From Ophelia neglecta (lineage: Eukaryota): a stretch of 64,000 nt of DNA. The notes below the pieces were generated by a model that worked only from the letters and a program-made list of their open reading frames with translations, searched no databases and had not been told where the DNA came from. Shown piece by piece: positions 51,335-64,000 of this stretch (positions are counted from its first letter, which is position 1; every line of letters starts with the position of its first letter). The stretch spans positions 39,990,001-40,054,000 of the forward strand of contig OZ260665.1 of NCBI GenBank assembly GCA_965285935.1, read 5' to 3'. Position numbers and translations under genes: made by a program.

Positions 51335-51522
51335 TGTACGTGGCTTGCCTGTTCGCTCCTGGGGAGGTCTGAAGCTTGTAGTCTGCTTGGCGCATCTCCC
51401 ACGCTGCCTGTGAATGCGTATATCCTGCATGGAGACGTGCGGGCGGACAGCAGTTTACTATTTGCCAATTGCAGGACGGTCGGTGTTGTGAGCTTTTCGT
51501 TCGCCTTATCTCCGAGTTAAAA
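51335..51522 (+). ncRNA. PK-family structured element
   Basis: cttgcc at 51344. ctgttcgctc 51349-51358 / gggcggacag 51441-51450. P2 gtttac/gtgagc. PK ggacgg 51474-51479 / tcgttc 51497-51502. Then ttaaaa. Confidence 0.45.
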
Positions 51523-51949
51523 CACAAAACACCCTATTTGCCTTAAGAAAACATTTGAGGATGTCACAATATGTACATTAATGTGAACTATGCACACACA
51601 ATGGTTTGATCGATAATCGACCTTTTTTCCGTGTTGTTACTTCATAAAGTGATCAATTGATTTTAGTCCGAAAGGAGACTTAATGACAGCATGGCTTTAT
51701 TCTGTTCATAACTGATGGCTCAGAGTATTTTGTGTTCGTATTTATATTCTTTGCAATTTCAACAATTTGTGTCAAATGCATGTAATAATAAGATTGAAAG
51801 CCTGTGTGGGAACAATTAAGGTCGCAGTTAAAACGGCAGCTCCTAGATCTGTGTGCCATTACAGTTTGATATAATTGACACAAATGACAAAATAGTGTGA
51901 AAGAACATAATAGTTTGATTATCTTATTTCGCCCTGCAATGTTGATAAT

Positions 51950-52960
51950 TTAATGTGCGGGGTTTGAGATATTGGTCCCCTGTTGTTATATGACCATATA
52001 TCTAAAGCGAAAAATAGATGTGCAGGTTTAATATTCAGAGTATTTTCCCTGATTATTGTTTGTAGAACCCGTCCTTCTGATAAGAGCAGAAGAAATGCAT
52101 TGATGCTGATATTCCGATCACTCCAGATAAATCCAGGTAAATCCCCCGAAGAACGATATTTAAATAATGAAATGGACCCATTGTGGCGTATGGCTCCCTC
52201 GTATTAAGACTGATTATCATGATGAACGAGCATTCACCCCACCGACAATATAATTTGTTCAAAGTCACTTGTAATGGTGTGCTGCTATCAGGATGACATT
52301 GTTGTAACAATTTAGTTGGACACATGATTATGTCATGTCATGGTCTGCCAGTATTATGGCGAAAGTACGAGAAGACTGATTAAATGATTTTTAGACACCA
52401 TACATGGATGTATGGATGATTTCCTGTATACCCACTTCTGTTCTTAAAGGACGTTCACTCATTTAGCTTGCTAAAAGATAAAAGTTTAGTTTCCAACAAG
52501 ACTTTTTTCTTCATATTTTTCGTTTTTTGACACAACACTTTTTTTATTTACTCCTTTCGGCCTTAACAAATAGACAACAAACTTTGCTTTTAAAAAATCT
52601 TTACCCCTTAGTCCCTCCCACCGAATGTTGTAATAACTAATAGGTTATTGCCAAGCGACCCCTAGTGGGTAATTGAGTAATCGAGATTCTTGGTCGGTTT
52701 TTCAGCCATAATTGCACTCTGCCTCCTAAACCATACTTCTAGAAAATTGGCGGCTTGTTGAATAAGCAGTACAGGCCAGGAGTGCTCAAAAATAGAAAAA
52801 GAACCTAGTAGTTTTTCATTCCATATATTCTTTGATGTATGTGCAAATGAAGAACTATTCATGGATGCAGTTTTTGGCACACACTTTAGTGTGGTTGAAC
52901 AGGCAATTTAACTGGATTCTTCTGATAGGAACCATCCCCACATCTTGGGCTCAAGAGATT
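51950..52960 (-). mobile_element. Decayed LINE RT fragment
   Basis: Minus strand MVPI...IKEYME, SRLLNYPLG, LQVTLNKLYCRW...LN and HYLNIVL fit CR1/L2 RT motifs in order. Confidence 0.45.
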
Positions 52961-54829
52961 CCTATAACTAAAGTGTAAAGCGTACCAGCGCGATCCCTTT
53001 AAAGAGAATACATGAAACTAGTAACTTTGAATGTTTAACAGTTTTATCAATGTTGGGTCAAATTATTTGGCTTATAAAACTTGTTTGCGTGCAGTTCACC
53101 CCAAAATAAAAAATAAAGTGTGCTTTCGTGTGATGGTAAGTCTCTGAACGAACTTATAAGCCGATATCTAAACGTTGAGGAATTAGCAGAAAAATACGAA
53201 ATTGTTTTAAAAACAACTGCCATTTACCTGTTATATGCTTGCGATATGAGACAGTATTGGATTTATAAATGGGGACTAGCTCAAATACCAACTCAATTTA
53301 CCATTTGTCTGGCTTATGAGTGAGCAGACTGATTAGCTCTGCCACTTACTGAATTACCGTATGCGAGACTGTTACGAACCATAGATAGTTGAAGAAAACT
53401 ATTATAATCAATCACTTTGATCTCAGTTAAATCAGCACTGATCTTAATTTCACTCTGGAATTGGGATGAATTCGGTTTTTTATTTGGACAATGAAATTAA
53501 GTAATGTAGTATCCTTTAAACGACACTATACATTTAACAGCCTTTGTAATTTCCGAGCGTGCAGGAAACCAGTGTCATGTAAACTGGACGGATTACATTT
53601 ATATTTTCAAATTTCACTATTTACTATCGTGGCCACCAAGCGAAAAGTCATTTTCAAAGAGCAGTGTGAGGTGGTTAAGAAGGGTGTCGGCACACACCCG
53701 GCGGCCTGACATCCATTGGAGCTGACACGAGCGGAACCCGAGAGATCAGGCGTCGAAATCAATCAAGAGCGACGAGATCATCTACCCCATGTTCTTCGCA
53801 TAGTCATTCATGTATCCTTTTCCCAAAAGGGTTTCCAAGACAATGATTACTGGCAGAACTTTTTTCTTGCCTTTATCCGCACATGGGTCGTGCCTTTCTT
53901 ACAAATTTTAAAAGTACCATGTGAATAAAGCATCGATATAGTAACACAAGTCCTATATTTGCAAAAGTGTTTGAAACTGATTGCTTATGCATTTCTAAGA
54001 TCAAATACATATTTCAGGGTTGTGTCTCGAGCATATCGCCGTTGCGAAAGAACCCAAATTCTTCCGACCTCTGAATAATTGTTGAGGTGCGGTCTTTAAT
54101 GAAGAATATACTGAAATGCAATTGTCTTACGACCTGCGAAAATGAATAATGAAAAAAAAACAATACAGCCATAAAGGCTACGCTTTATTCCGTCATATTA
54201 AGATATATAATTCATATGTTTCATCATCAAAATTTCAATGTACTTTTTAATGAATTATTCTTTATCAATGATTTAGCTCCGTTTACCGGTATTTATTCCC
54301 GTTCTTCTCATCTTAACTCTCAGTCTTCAATCGTGTTCATAGCCATAACCATATTTCAATAGGTTATCTTCTTTGCAGCTGTAATTCTTTGATTGATGAG
54401 GTGTTTTTTTCCACGAAAAACAACGATATCAAGTAAAAAACTTGAGTAATGGAAACGTTGCTATCTACTGGGAATTTGTAGGCAACATTTTGAACTAAAA
54501 TGGCAGTATGCACCATGATATTCTCTTCAATCAAAAAATTGACCAAGAGATCTGATTGAACTTAATCGGGCATAGGCTAGAAAACCGTCGGGAATGGTGT
54601 TCAGGAATGTTAGGACAAATTCCCACAAATGGTTTCAAACTGACTGTACGAACAAGTGCCACTGGCAGGTAAGGGACATAGGTCGGAGCCCAGGCATTCA
54701 ACTTTACTAATGCCATTGTTTTCTCAGGGTGAGGGGAGGATGGCATATATTGCCCCGAGCATCTCTTTACTGCATTGAATTAAAATCAACTATATAGTGT
54801 TCAAAGAAAATATCTTCGAAAAATGGTTA

Positions 54830-55300
54830 TGTTTCCTTTGTACTGAATTATTTACGTGTCAAAATATTCCGTAGATAGTGGAAGACTCACGAATAAAATA
54901 ACAAAGAAGAAGGCAGAGTGCTGCTTTATTGACTTGACTTCTGCTTTAATAGGTATAAGTCATGCTAACAACAATGTTAAGGTATTTTTGAAGTCCTGGT
55001 CCAATTATTTTGATTAATATCATGATCGCATAGATTATACTTCCACGAGATATCGAAGTGTCATTTTTTCTCAACGTATGGGTCTGTTCTAGATCGAATT
55101 ACTCTAAAGATGCAATGAAATTACATTTTGTGTTTTGATTATCCTTCTATGTGGACCAAGGTTTTGCCGAAAGAAGTGAAATTTAAATGAACCCAGTCCG
55201 CATTAGTTTATAAATCTCGATTACGACATTCTTTTTTTCGTAACACTGCCCAAAATTGGATGAATATCGAATTATCGAGGGGCGTTAGGTTTCTTAATTA
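54830..55300 (+). mobile_element. Decayed LINE RT fragment
   Basis: CCFIDLTSALIGISH (cf. F.DL.KAFD.V.H), GSVLD (cf. GSVLG), FYVDQ (cf. YADD), MNP and VRFL, in order. Confidence 0.5.
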
Positions 55301-57021
55301 GATCGGGTCAACAATGTGCAGAGCAGACGACCACTCAATGTCATATTACGTTTGCTGAGTTACACAGCAGACGAGAGTCTGAGGAGTGCTATCCGAAGAT
55401 GGTTACAACATTTCCCCGTAGTGCACACAGGTGTTATTTTATTTAATGGAACCAGCCTTTTCCGAAGAAATGGAAATCCATTTTAGTTAATCGTGCCAAT
55501 GGAATTAATTTTTGTCGGAAGTTTTAGAGCGAATAGTTAATGCTAGACGCATTAAACATCTGCAGTGTGGGAAAAAAGGTATAATGATCTCTTAGCTCTT
55601 AATTGCCTGTATATTTTTTTTTCATTCACCTTACCTAAAATTGCCTATCACTTCCTTCCACTCATCAGTCTTTCCGAAAGCAATCTTCCTGAAAGCAATG
55701 CCGTTCCTACTGAAACTCAAACCTTGTACCACATCTAGGTACGTCTCGCATTTACCATGTTTAGCCGCTAATAATAATGTAGCGAGACGACATTTGCAGA
55801 AAATCATCGAGAGCATTTCTTTTTTCATTTTATTGAAGTGACTTACAATAGAACCATTTATTATTTTAAGCGCACATAGAATTTCAGTTAAAGTTTATTG
55901 ATTATGATGTAAGGATTTTTTCACATATTGTGCCTTTTATTCTTGGAAACTTGTTGACCTAGAGAATTATATTCCCATGACGTTTACTTTACTTTACTTC
56001 GTTAGTAATTAACAGAGGTCACTGGATATATTGTAACTCAAGATCTACTAAAGTATTAAATTGAAAAAAGGACAATCTGGTTGGTCTTGCCGAAGATGCC
56101 TGTTTTAAGACCAAGAAATGTTGAAAGGTGTTTTGGTAGTTGCGAAGGATCCTGCAATCCAAGTTTCACTGTAATGTGAGACCCGGTCGGTAATATTCTT
56201 ATACCCTATTAATAACGCGTTAGCTTCTAACACTAACAAGGGCGCTCTGCTAAGATTTCTTAGGATACTTAACATAAAACGCAAGCCAGTGGGCCATTTG
56301 TTATAGTATTAACTCCTCCAAGGGTTGGAAAGCTGCTTTCTTGGCCGAGGACGGGTGAGAGCTTAAAGGGCATGTTTTAAATTTCGAGCGCTCAAATTTT
56401 TAATGGGGCTATTAATAATTGAAACGACTTAATTGCATACAGCAAACACCTTTGTTAATTCATCCGAGTGTCATTTCATTCAAATCATTGCCCCATCCAT
56501 CTTTCTTTTATTATAGTGACAAGAGATTATCAATGATTGAGAACGGGATGCCGGTAGACGAGACAGACGTACTCAAATACGATCAAGCATATGCAATTTA
56601 TCGGTTAAAATTCAAGAGTAACTTGCAACCAGCCACTTGGCAGGAAATGATATTCAAACAAATGAGGCACAGTCACTGCCATTAATCTGCTGTAAAAATG
56701 CTCCCCGAACAGATCTAGATACCTCGGGTCTGGTTCCTCTAGTGATATCACTGATCATAGGGGGTTTACAGCAATACCTGGGCAGTGAAATCAACATCAG
56801 ACGCTAAATAGTGTACCACCGCGAATAGGATGCATTCTATTAGCTGATCATGGGCTACAAAAATGTTCTCTCTCAGAAACTGATCATTCGAAGGCAAATC
56901 CGACTCACACCAGCGGAATTCATACAATACATAATTGACGCAGAGCTAAAATAATCTATATCTATGTAATGGGAAAGACACAGTGGTACATTAAAGTATA
57001 GTAGGTAGAGTAACTAACATA

Positions 57022-57200
57022 CAGTTAAACCTGTGAATTGAGACCACCCAAGGGACTGGAAAATACTGGTCTGATTATAGAGGTGGGCTGTTTAGACAGA
57101 TTGATTTATATTGAAAAATGTGCAGTATGGTCTTCATACTAGTGGTCTGTATTGGCAGGTGGTCTGAATATGCAGGTGGTCTTTGAGGCAGGTTTCACTG
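57022..57200. mobile_element. Tc1/mariner (pogo/Tigger-like) MITE
   Basis: TA|cagttaaacctgtgaattgagaccacc ... ggtggtctttgaggcaggtttcactg|TA, with subterminal ggtggtct repeats. Confidence 0.85.
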
Positions 57201-57232
57201 TAATTGCTAGTTTAAAAATATTGATGTTCTTC

Positions 57233-57382
57233 GAATCTATAACAGCACATGACGGGCCATTCTCAGCTGTGATATATCATAAGGACTGGCATGTAAATTC
57301 ACTGCAACATCAGCTTGCACGTTGTTACAAATAATCACAGACGAAACTGTTTTGGGGGTTATTTGGTACCACATAGACTGAA
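57233..57382. repeat. 150-bp repeat, inverted copy of 58201-58349
   Basis: About 90% identity, by eye, to the reverse complement of 58201-58349. Confidence 0.9.
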
Positions 57383-58186
57383 GTTGATGAGCTTGTTTCA
57401 GAAGGTTTTTGTGTTGAAGAGTCAATAACAAATACCATTCCTGCAAATGGTACCTTACATCTAGAAATTATATGCATACATGTAATTGATATTCTGCGAG
57501 AACTAACAAAGTTGTCTCTTTCATACTAGACAAATGAGTGTTTCTTTAGTCAGCTTAAAAAAAACGTTGGCACTTTTGATTATGACAAATGAAACTGACA
57601 ATGAAGACTTCGTTTCATCCTTGCCTGATAAGTAATAACACGAGCAATCGATGGATGTTGAGACAACGTTTAAACAGGGCTTTATCTTTGTCCATCAAGG
57701 CAGTTAGTATCGGATAGACGGAATAACCGCTGGCTGGCTGGATTAAGTTCATTCTTATATCCTTTAAAAGGCAACACGATTATGTGAATGAGAATTACAA
57801 AAACAGTCATGTTTTTAGAGTTTTTCTCTTCATTAACCTTTGTGTGGCATATCCTATGACTAACTCTACTGTTTTTTATATGGACCTTCCTTGTTATGAA
57901 CATAATGACCAACATTATATGGATCAGGTGTATTCATTCTAACAGCTGTCAAATGATGGCATACTGATTTAAGTATAAACTGGCAGATGTTTCCATAAAT
58001 CATTTGCTTCTTTGTACCTTTAAGAAACTAAACACAGGATTTTATTTCGTTCAGGGTAGACGAGTTCTACTAATCCCACTGTCAGAAGGCTTGATGACCA
58101 CAGCGAAAAACGGTCACATTGAGATTTAGTTTATTTAGGGTTTAATGTTTCACACCTCCCATATATCTAAGCATGAGATAGAAAAG

Positions 58187-58362
58187 GAGCTGACCTTCTG
58201 TTCAGTCTATGTGGTACCAAATAACCCCAAAAAAGTTTCGTCTGTGATTATTTGTAACAACGTGCAAGCTGATGTTGCAGTGAATTTGCATGCCACTCCT
58301 AATGATATATGACAGCTGAGAATGGCCCGTCATGTTCTGTTATAAATTCAAAAGGTCAGCTC
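58187..58362. mobile_element. Small MITE-like element (second copy, with TIRs)
   Basis: Bounded by gagctgaccttctg / caaaaggtcagctc. The interior matches 57233-57382 inverted. Confidence 0.7.
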
Positions 58363-58949
58363 AACAATTTGGCAGTAGGGTGCCTTGGATTATTGACCAG
58401 CATTGTATTTTCGTCCTTGAGCCTAAAACTTTGTTTATCGGCTGTGTTCATTTAAACAATATATCCCCGAAGCCAAAGATTATTGATAGGTTAATTAGTT
58501 GACTTCAAGGCATGAGAAGAGGATATCAAGTAATGGGCTAGGAAGTACGGTGGATTCGTCCTTATATCTATTCGATGAGAGATTATTTGTAGCCATTTTT
58601 GTAGCTGGAACTGTAAGCCCCTATATGGCCAGCAATAAGAATCGTGCTGTTTGGACAAAGAATCGAATTTCTCGTCTAATTTTTTTTTATATTGCATCGC
58701 CAATTGAATGTCAATATACAGTTTTTTAAAGTTGCAGCTTGCATATACCAGAGTGTCTTAGTAGCGGCATATTAGGAATGGTAGTCCAGAGAATGGAACC
58801 CTTTTTAACTTGCCATGTGGTCGTCTTTTAGTAGGCGAAAGTGAATTTTTATCGTATTCATGTGCTCCTTGTATGCAACTGGAGTTCCCATAGCCATTTA
58901 CCCTCATTCAACTCTATCCCCTGACTTGTGCAGAGATGTGATAAATCGC

Positions 58950-59155
58950 TGTTATGTCGTCCCGCTGTTTTGTGTTCTATTGATTCTGTCTTGCTTATTT
59001 GCTCCCAAAATAGCAAGTGGGCTTAACGTCGTGTTCCCTGGATGCGGGACGTCGTATATCACACAGCGGCATGGCTAGTCGACCGTCTTATCACCTCGGC
59101 CATCTTCCCCTAGACTTGTTACATGAAAGCCGTCCAGCGCGCCCTGAAACTAACA
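58950..59155 (+). ncRNA. Probable PK-family element
   Basis: P0 tgtta/taaca. ccgctgt 58962-58968 / acagcgg 59063-59069 encloses cttgct/agcaag and gttccc/gggac. Confidence 0.35.
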
Positions 59156-59167
59156 CCAAGGTGCTCT

Positions 59168-59376
59168 TTTATTGTACCAAAGGTCCAAAAGGCCAACCTG
59201 CCAATACGGCTGTCCATGAGGGCCACGTATGGGTATACATGGGTCAAGGAATAAACTAGTCAAGCGGAAATTGATCGATGCCCAGAAACAAAGAATATCG
59301 AAACAAGAGAGGTATATAGGTTACTCCATTCCAAGATAGTCAAGTAGTAAATGTTCAAGTAGTCCCGGAAATAAGG
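59168..59376 (+). ncRNA. PK-family structured element
   Basis: cctgcc at 59197. tgccaatacg / cgtatgggta. P2 catgggtcaa 59238-59247 / ttgatcgatg 59271-59280. PK ggaataaacta 59248-59258 / taggttactcc 59317-59327 (9 of 11 positions pair). Confidence 0.5.
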
Positions 59377-59779
59377 CAGCACTATAAATCGAACTTACGC
59401 TCCAATCAAAGGAAACGAAGTAGTAAGTGTGCATATGGCTCTCTTTCTCCAACAAGTATAGCTAGAATCAGTAGTGAATTCTTCACACAGCGAGAGAAGT
59501 ATTTTGCCGGTTACTTAGTAGTAAAACGCATTGTGTCTCTATTACTGACCATTTGGTTGAATCATATTCATTTTCATATTATGGATATTACGGAAGCCTG
59601 GGGCTTGTAGAAGGTTATTTCCAAACGCAACTTTAGTACTTTTTTTCGAATTGCGTTGGATAAAATGAGGTGATGAAATGTGGTGAAAGCTTTTATTCAT
59701 TGCAAAATGCGTTGTGTCTGCAAAGATTATAAAAATGATAAATATAATAATCAAAGAAAGTAGTCTGTACAAAGAGAAT

Positions 59780-59999
59780 GGCGGACTTAATGTAAAAGAA
59801 TATTTATCTATGTACAACGACTTTATCGCTAGTAACTTATTAACCCCTATTATAATTAAACAACAAATGTATGAATGATGAAAATAATACAGAAGACACG
59901 ATAAAAGGCGGACTTGATGTAAAAGAACATTTATCCATGTACAACGAGTTTATGGACAACAAATGAATGAATGATAAAGATAATACAGTAGACACGGTA
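59780..59999. repeat. Imperfect tandem duplication (about 124 and 93 bp)
   Basis: ggcggacttRatgtaaaagaaYatttatcYatgtacaacga and acaacaaatgWatgaatgat...gacacg each occur twice, in the same order. Confidence 0.85.
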
Positions 60000-62334
60000 G
60001 AGATAGTGATGGCTGTGGAGAATTATTGTAAGTTGTAAAGGGCAAATATGATGATGGAATGTAGCACTAGAAACATGGATGCATGACAAACACAAGAATG
60101 GCATGGTCTCAAATTTTAATCGCTCATTTGTATTAAGCAAAGCAATGGGGGCAATGTTTAAAGCGACCCGTTCGATCCTTATAATAATATCAAGCTAGTC
60201 ATAGTACCTAGCGCACTCTTTTGGGAGTAGTATTAATCTTTGCAATTCAATATAAATGTTTATTTTACAAAGATGACAGTGGGATTAAATGACTGACCTT
60301 TATTTTCAGAACACCATAAGCCATTACATTCATTAAGACATGGTTGCATATGGACGCATTTTCTTTTCCTTAAGCATGTTAAATGAAACAGGTATCTAGT
60401 CATTTAGCCGCTGTTTACTTTGTCGATCCGGACCAATGCCTGTATTGCGGTTAAATATACATGCTTAGGCAACAACATGCCACAAGATGAGAGCAGGTAT
60501 TGCAATAATGTTTTTTTCTAGGTGAGATTGTACACATATTAGGTGTGCGTTTTGTTTTTGTTTTTTGTTTTTTGTTTTAGAGTCAGTATCTGTAATGTAG
60601 ATATTTTGACATGTGGTTGAGAGGGTCTCAAATCGGCTACGATGCCAGTATGTGTGCATTAGTTAAAATATTATATAATGTAATTATAATTGAGTCGATC
60701 AATGCCATATAATCCGGGCATGTTATCATATTCTGCTAGCATTTTGGCCAATCACCTTCCACGATTGGAACATACTTAACCCGGTCCTTGAAGGTATAGA
60801 CCACCGCACCAGAGAACATGGCTACAGCCCCAAGTTTTATTGTTTCACGGTCGCGTTTGGCGCGTGTTGTTCAGCTTTCAATCAACAACGATGGCCATAT
60901 ATCTACATATATATTCGTTATTTACCGTTTTCTCTTAATTGTTGTTTACAGTGTTTCTTGGTACTGTCGTATGAGGAAATTCTAGTTGATTTGTGTAGCA
61001 TTCATATGGAGGCTTACTCGTCTTTTTCAATAGTCTAAATTAATATTACCACAAATGAAAATTGGCACCGTACGTAACCTAATTCATAGGCCCACAATTC
61101 TTGCTAACTGCAACCAATTTACCCATTATTACACGGAGCCACATCGTCTTACAAATTACTACCAGTTCCTTTATGCTATTGGGTTTTAGCAAGGAAGAAA
61201 ATCGTCTCTTTGCCGGGTATGCAATCCCGTTTTGTTACTCACATCAGTCTACTCGTATTAAACATGGCGACTGGGGTGGTTGACTAATTTCTTTCAGGTT
61301 TTGGGTGGAAGTCTATAATCAAATTGCCAAGAGAAAGGCATGGCTAAGTGAATGGAAGGAATGAGGCCTTAGCCCCCACTACGAGTGACTTACAAACCGC
61401 TGCCTACTATCTACGAACCTTGTGTCCTCTATACTGGTTATTACCATTGTCAACAAGATGTAGTATAAATTTACTACAGAGGTTTCTACTATGTTTAGTA
61501 ACTGAAAATTGAACTGAAATGCACATTGTGAAGCTGCAGTGCACTCTTAGTAAACTATGAAGCGAAGATCTGAGATATTTTACGAAATACATTGTCCAGG
61601 AAGCATAATTTGGACAATGCGCATTATGGTGTGGGGAGTGGGGAATCTCGGGTCTTATAACTGCGCAGTAAGAGGATCACGGAAGGTGGGAAGATCCAAA
61701 GCCGAAATCTTTTGACATTCCCTCCCCCCTGCCTAGGTCCATCTTGAAACCCCCCGCCCTCCCACTGGAAAGGACAAAACGCCTTCCCAACCCAACCCCC
61801 AACCCCCCAGATGTTAATGATGTAAGTTTGTTTTCAATACGATCATCAATAAAAGTTGTCGCTCATTGTTCTCTGTAGCTAAACACCCAATTATATACTT
61901 TTACTTTGAAAAAGGGTACTAATAAGTAGGTAAAGATGAATAGAAACGGGTACATGTATAAACTAACATAATGATTTGGATGAAATCTGAATGTGTCTCT
62001 CTTTTACACTCCAAAATATAAGCTATGCAAATATAAACGAACAGTTTCAAATTAGACATGATTCTTATCACTTTAGTAGAATTGTGTAATAAAGTGTAGC
62101 TTCATTTTCTGTATGACTTTTTATACATATACATTAAGCAAAATAAAAGCGCCTAACTTTATTGGACAGAAAATGACTGAGGTCAGATGTTTAAGCTCCT
62201 CTTTCTTTGCTACTTTTTGGGCGTCGTACTTTACGAATTTGTTTGTGAAGCAAGTTATCACAACATTTATTCTGAAGTATGGGCAGTTCCATTCACATGA
62301 CATCAATTCCTCCTCGATCGCATGGCTTCATTTT

Positions 62335-62659
62335 CTAATAAAACAGCTACGCTTATTTACCACGCACAGTCGATTGCATTATATTGAATGCGGACGAACC
62401 AATAGAGTGTCTTCCTCACAGTAGTTATCACTGACTGGAAGAAGTGGGAAAGAAAGCAATCGACTTTCAAATTTGATATTGTCATTTGATGAGGTCCACC
62501 CAGGGGCAGTATATTCCGAGTAGGCCCCTGCCCATCAGCCGGCAAACTAATCAAAAGAAGTAACGCCCTAGCTGCCTCGTTGAGTGAATAATGAAATAAA
62601 AATTCATAACTCCATGCAGGGAGGGCGCGCCATTGAACATGGCAGGTCACCATTATCAA
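62335..62659 (-). ncRNA. Probable PK-family element (strand less certain)
   Basis: Minus gacctgcc (62641-62648). gcgccct/agggcgt and caggggc/gcccctg; tatcaa is followed by a perfect 10-bp pairing 62456-62465 / 62368-62377; then taaa. Confidence 0.4.
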
Positions 62660-63101
62660 CAGAGTCGGCGGGTTGAATAATGCCCTAATTTGGAATAATG
62701 GCTCATATACTCAGATTTCCTTGCCACAAGGCTTTATTAAATGGGGCAATAGTGTGCCTTGTTTCGAGGCATTACCAGTATTTCTCAAATGATAAAAGCC
62801 ATCTGAGGATCACAAGACCGTATGCAATAGATATTCCAACGAGGTTAAATTAATCTAATGCACGTATTGGCAAGTAAAAACATAAAAAAATACTGGAGAC
62901 AAATACTAACTACCGAACTCTTTTGGCTTCAATATCCATGAGACTGTTGATCTATATACTTTCCCATTTTTCTTTCAGCTTGGACAGTTATTAGATTATT
63001 TTCATCAACTCGTTTTCGTGCCTGATTAATTGTATTAGTTTATGTCGGTGATATGACCGAGGTGACAGGGTCAGCCAGGCCTACTTAGCCGGAACCGAGA
63101 A

Positions 63102-63315
63102 GGTTCAGACCGGAGTAGTCCATTCTGCCAGTGCTTGGGGAGTGAGTCAAAATCGTTCATGACCGCTAGGAATACTAACTCCCTTTCTGGCCGTTTTACA
63201 CCGTGTTTAACGTGGCCCGGCTACCGGCAACACATTAATTGTAGTGGCTGCGATCGGTAAAACGTGACTGCCTCAGGGGTTGCATTGAGACAGGGTCCCT
63301 AAAGGTGCTTTGACT
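63102..63315 (+). ncRNA. PK-family structured element
   Basis: P0 ggttcaga/tttgact. tctgcc at 63124. gccag/ctggc and gggagt/actccc. P2 cgttttac 63192-63199 / gtaaaacg 63257-63264. PK ggccc/gggtc, then ctaaa. Confidence 0.5.
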
Positions 63316-64000
63316 GATGGAGGCCCATGTGAGGGCCCATTATTATTTCACAGGCGAGACACAATTAATGCTGAATATATTTCAATTGTAATAATTAGAA
63401 GGATTATAGGATCAAGGAAAAATTTGATACAAACATATTTTTCATGTCCAGTTGTCTGATCTTAGGTTGACTTACTTTCAGGTGGGAAGAGGACGGTAGC
63501 CTAGTTAGTTAGATCGAATAGGAGAATTGGTTAGTGATTTGGCCCTGCAGCATAGCAGTTTAAGTTATTGGTTAGTTATATGGGCCTACAACATTACAGT
63601 ATTGAGTTTTTTCTTGGAATGTGCAGCTTACAGGCCTAGTGACAGGTATGTTAGACGGACATGCAGTAAAAGCATGGTAAGATAGTAGCTGGACATGCAG
63701 CATAGCATGATTAGTTATTTCCGAGTTTGTTAGATGGAACTCTAGATCCGGAGGCTGACCTATTGCTCATTGTTGGACTACGTTTGTTGATATAGAATCC
63801 AGTATGCCGGGGATTGATGTATGAGGGCCTGTATCCGGGGGTTCCTGGTGATTTCGGATCTATGTAATGGACAATTCTTGATTACTGCTTTTGCTTTGAC
63901 TGCCGGATATCCACTCCCGTTCATGGCGAACGTATATGATTCTAATTTGCGATTTGGCAGATACCCCTTGCTAACATTCCCGATAATACCATGAGATTAA

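Noticed and set aside
55631-55828. TLLLAAKHG ankyrin-like peptide with a possible splice donor
   Set aside because: A single short match with no convincing acceptor or neighbouring exons.
1-64000. CRISPR array, tRNA, rRNA or prokaryotic operon
   Set aside because: No regularly spaced direct repeats, no cloverleaf with A/B boxes, and very low coding density.

Overview
AT-rich (roughly 38-40% GC by eye), metazoan-like intergenic or intronic DNA. I cannot support any intact protein-coding gene, tRNA, rRNA or CRISPR array, and nearly all listed ORFs look spurious. Recognisable features are decayed retroelements (one fairly clear Penelope-like RT/GIY-YIG remnant and several LINE fragments), several MITEs (pogo/Tc1-like, Harbinger-like, and a CAC...GTG Transib/Chapaev-like element), short duplications and microsatellites. 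The main unexplained signal is a set of about 20 GC-richer islands of roughly 100-370 nt on both strands. They share little primary sequence but repeatedly fold, by hand, into one architecture. In order: an end-closing helix P0, a short linker, YYUGCN opening helix P1 around a variable multi-hairpin domain, then (G/A)YR-(n)-WUCA leading into helix P2, whose loop pairs 5-11 nt with a downstream strand (pseudoknot, PK), often followed by UAAA before P0'. Helix sequences differ between copies while pairing is kept, and G-U pairs mostly favour one strand per copy. This suggests a dispersed structured-RNA family (provisionally 'PK-family'), possibly a non-autonomous mobile RNA or a ribozyme. All folds were made by hand, and a few weak fits turned out to lie inside retroelement ORF remnants, so the family needs a covariance-model test.
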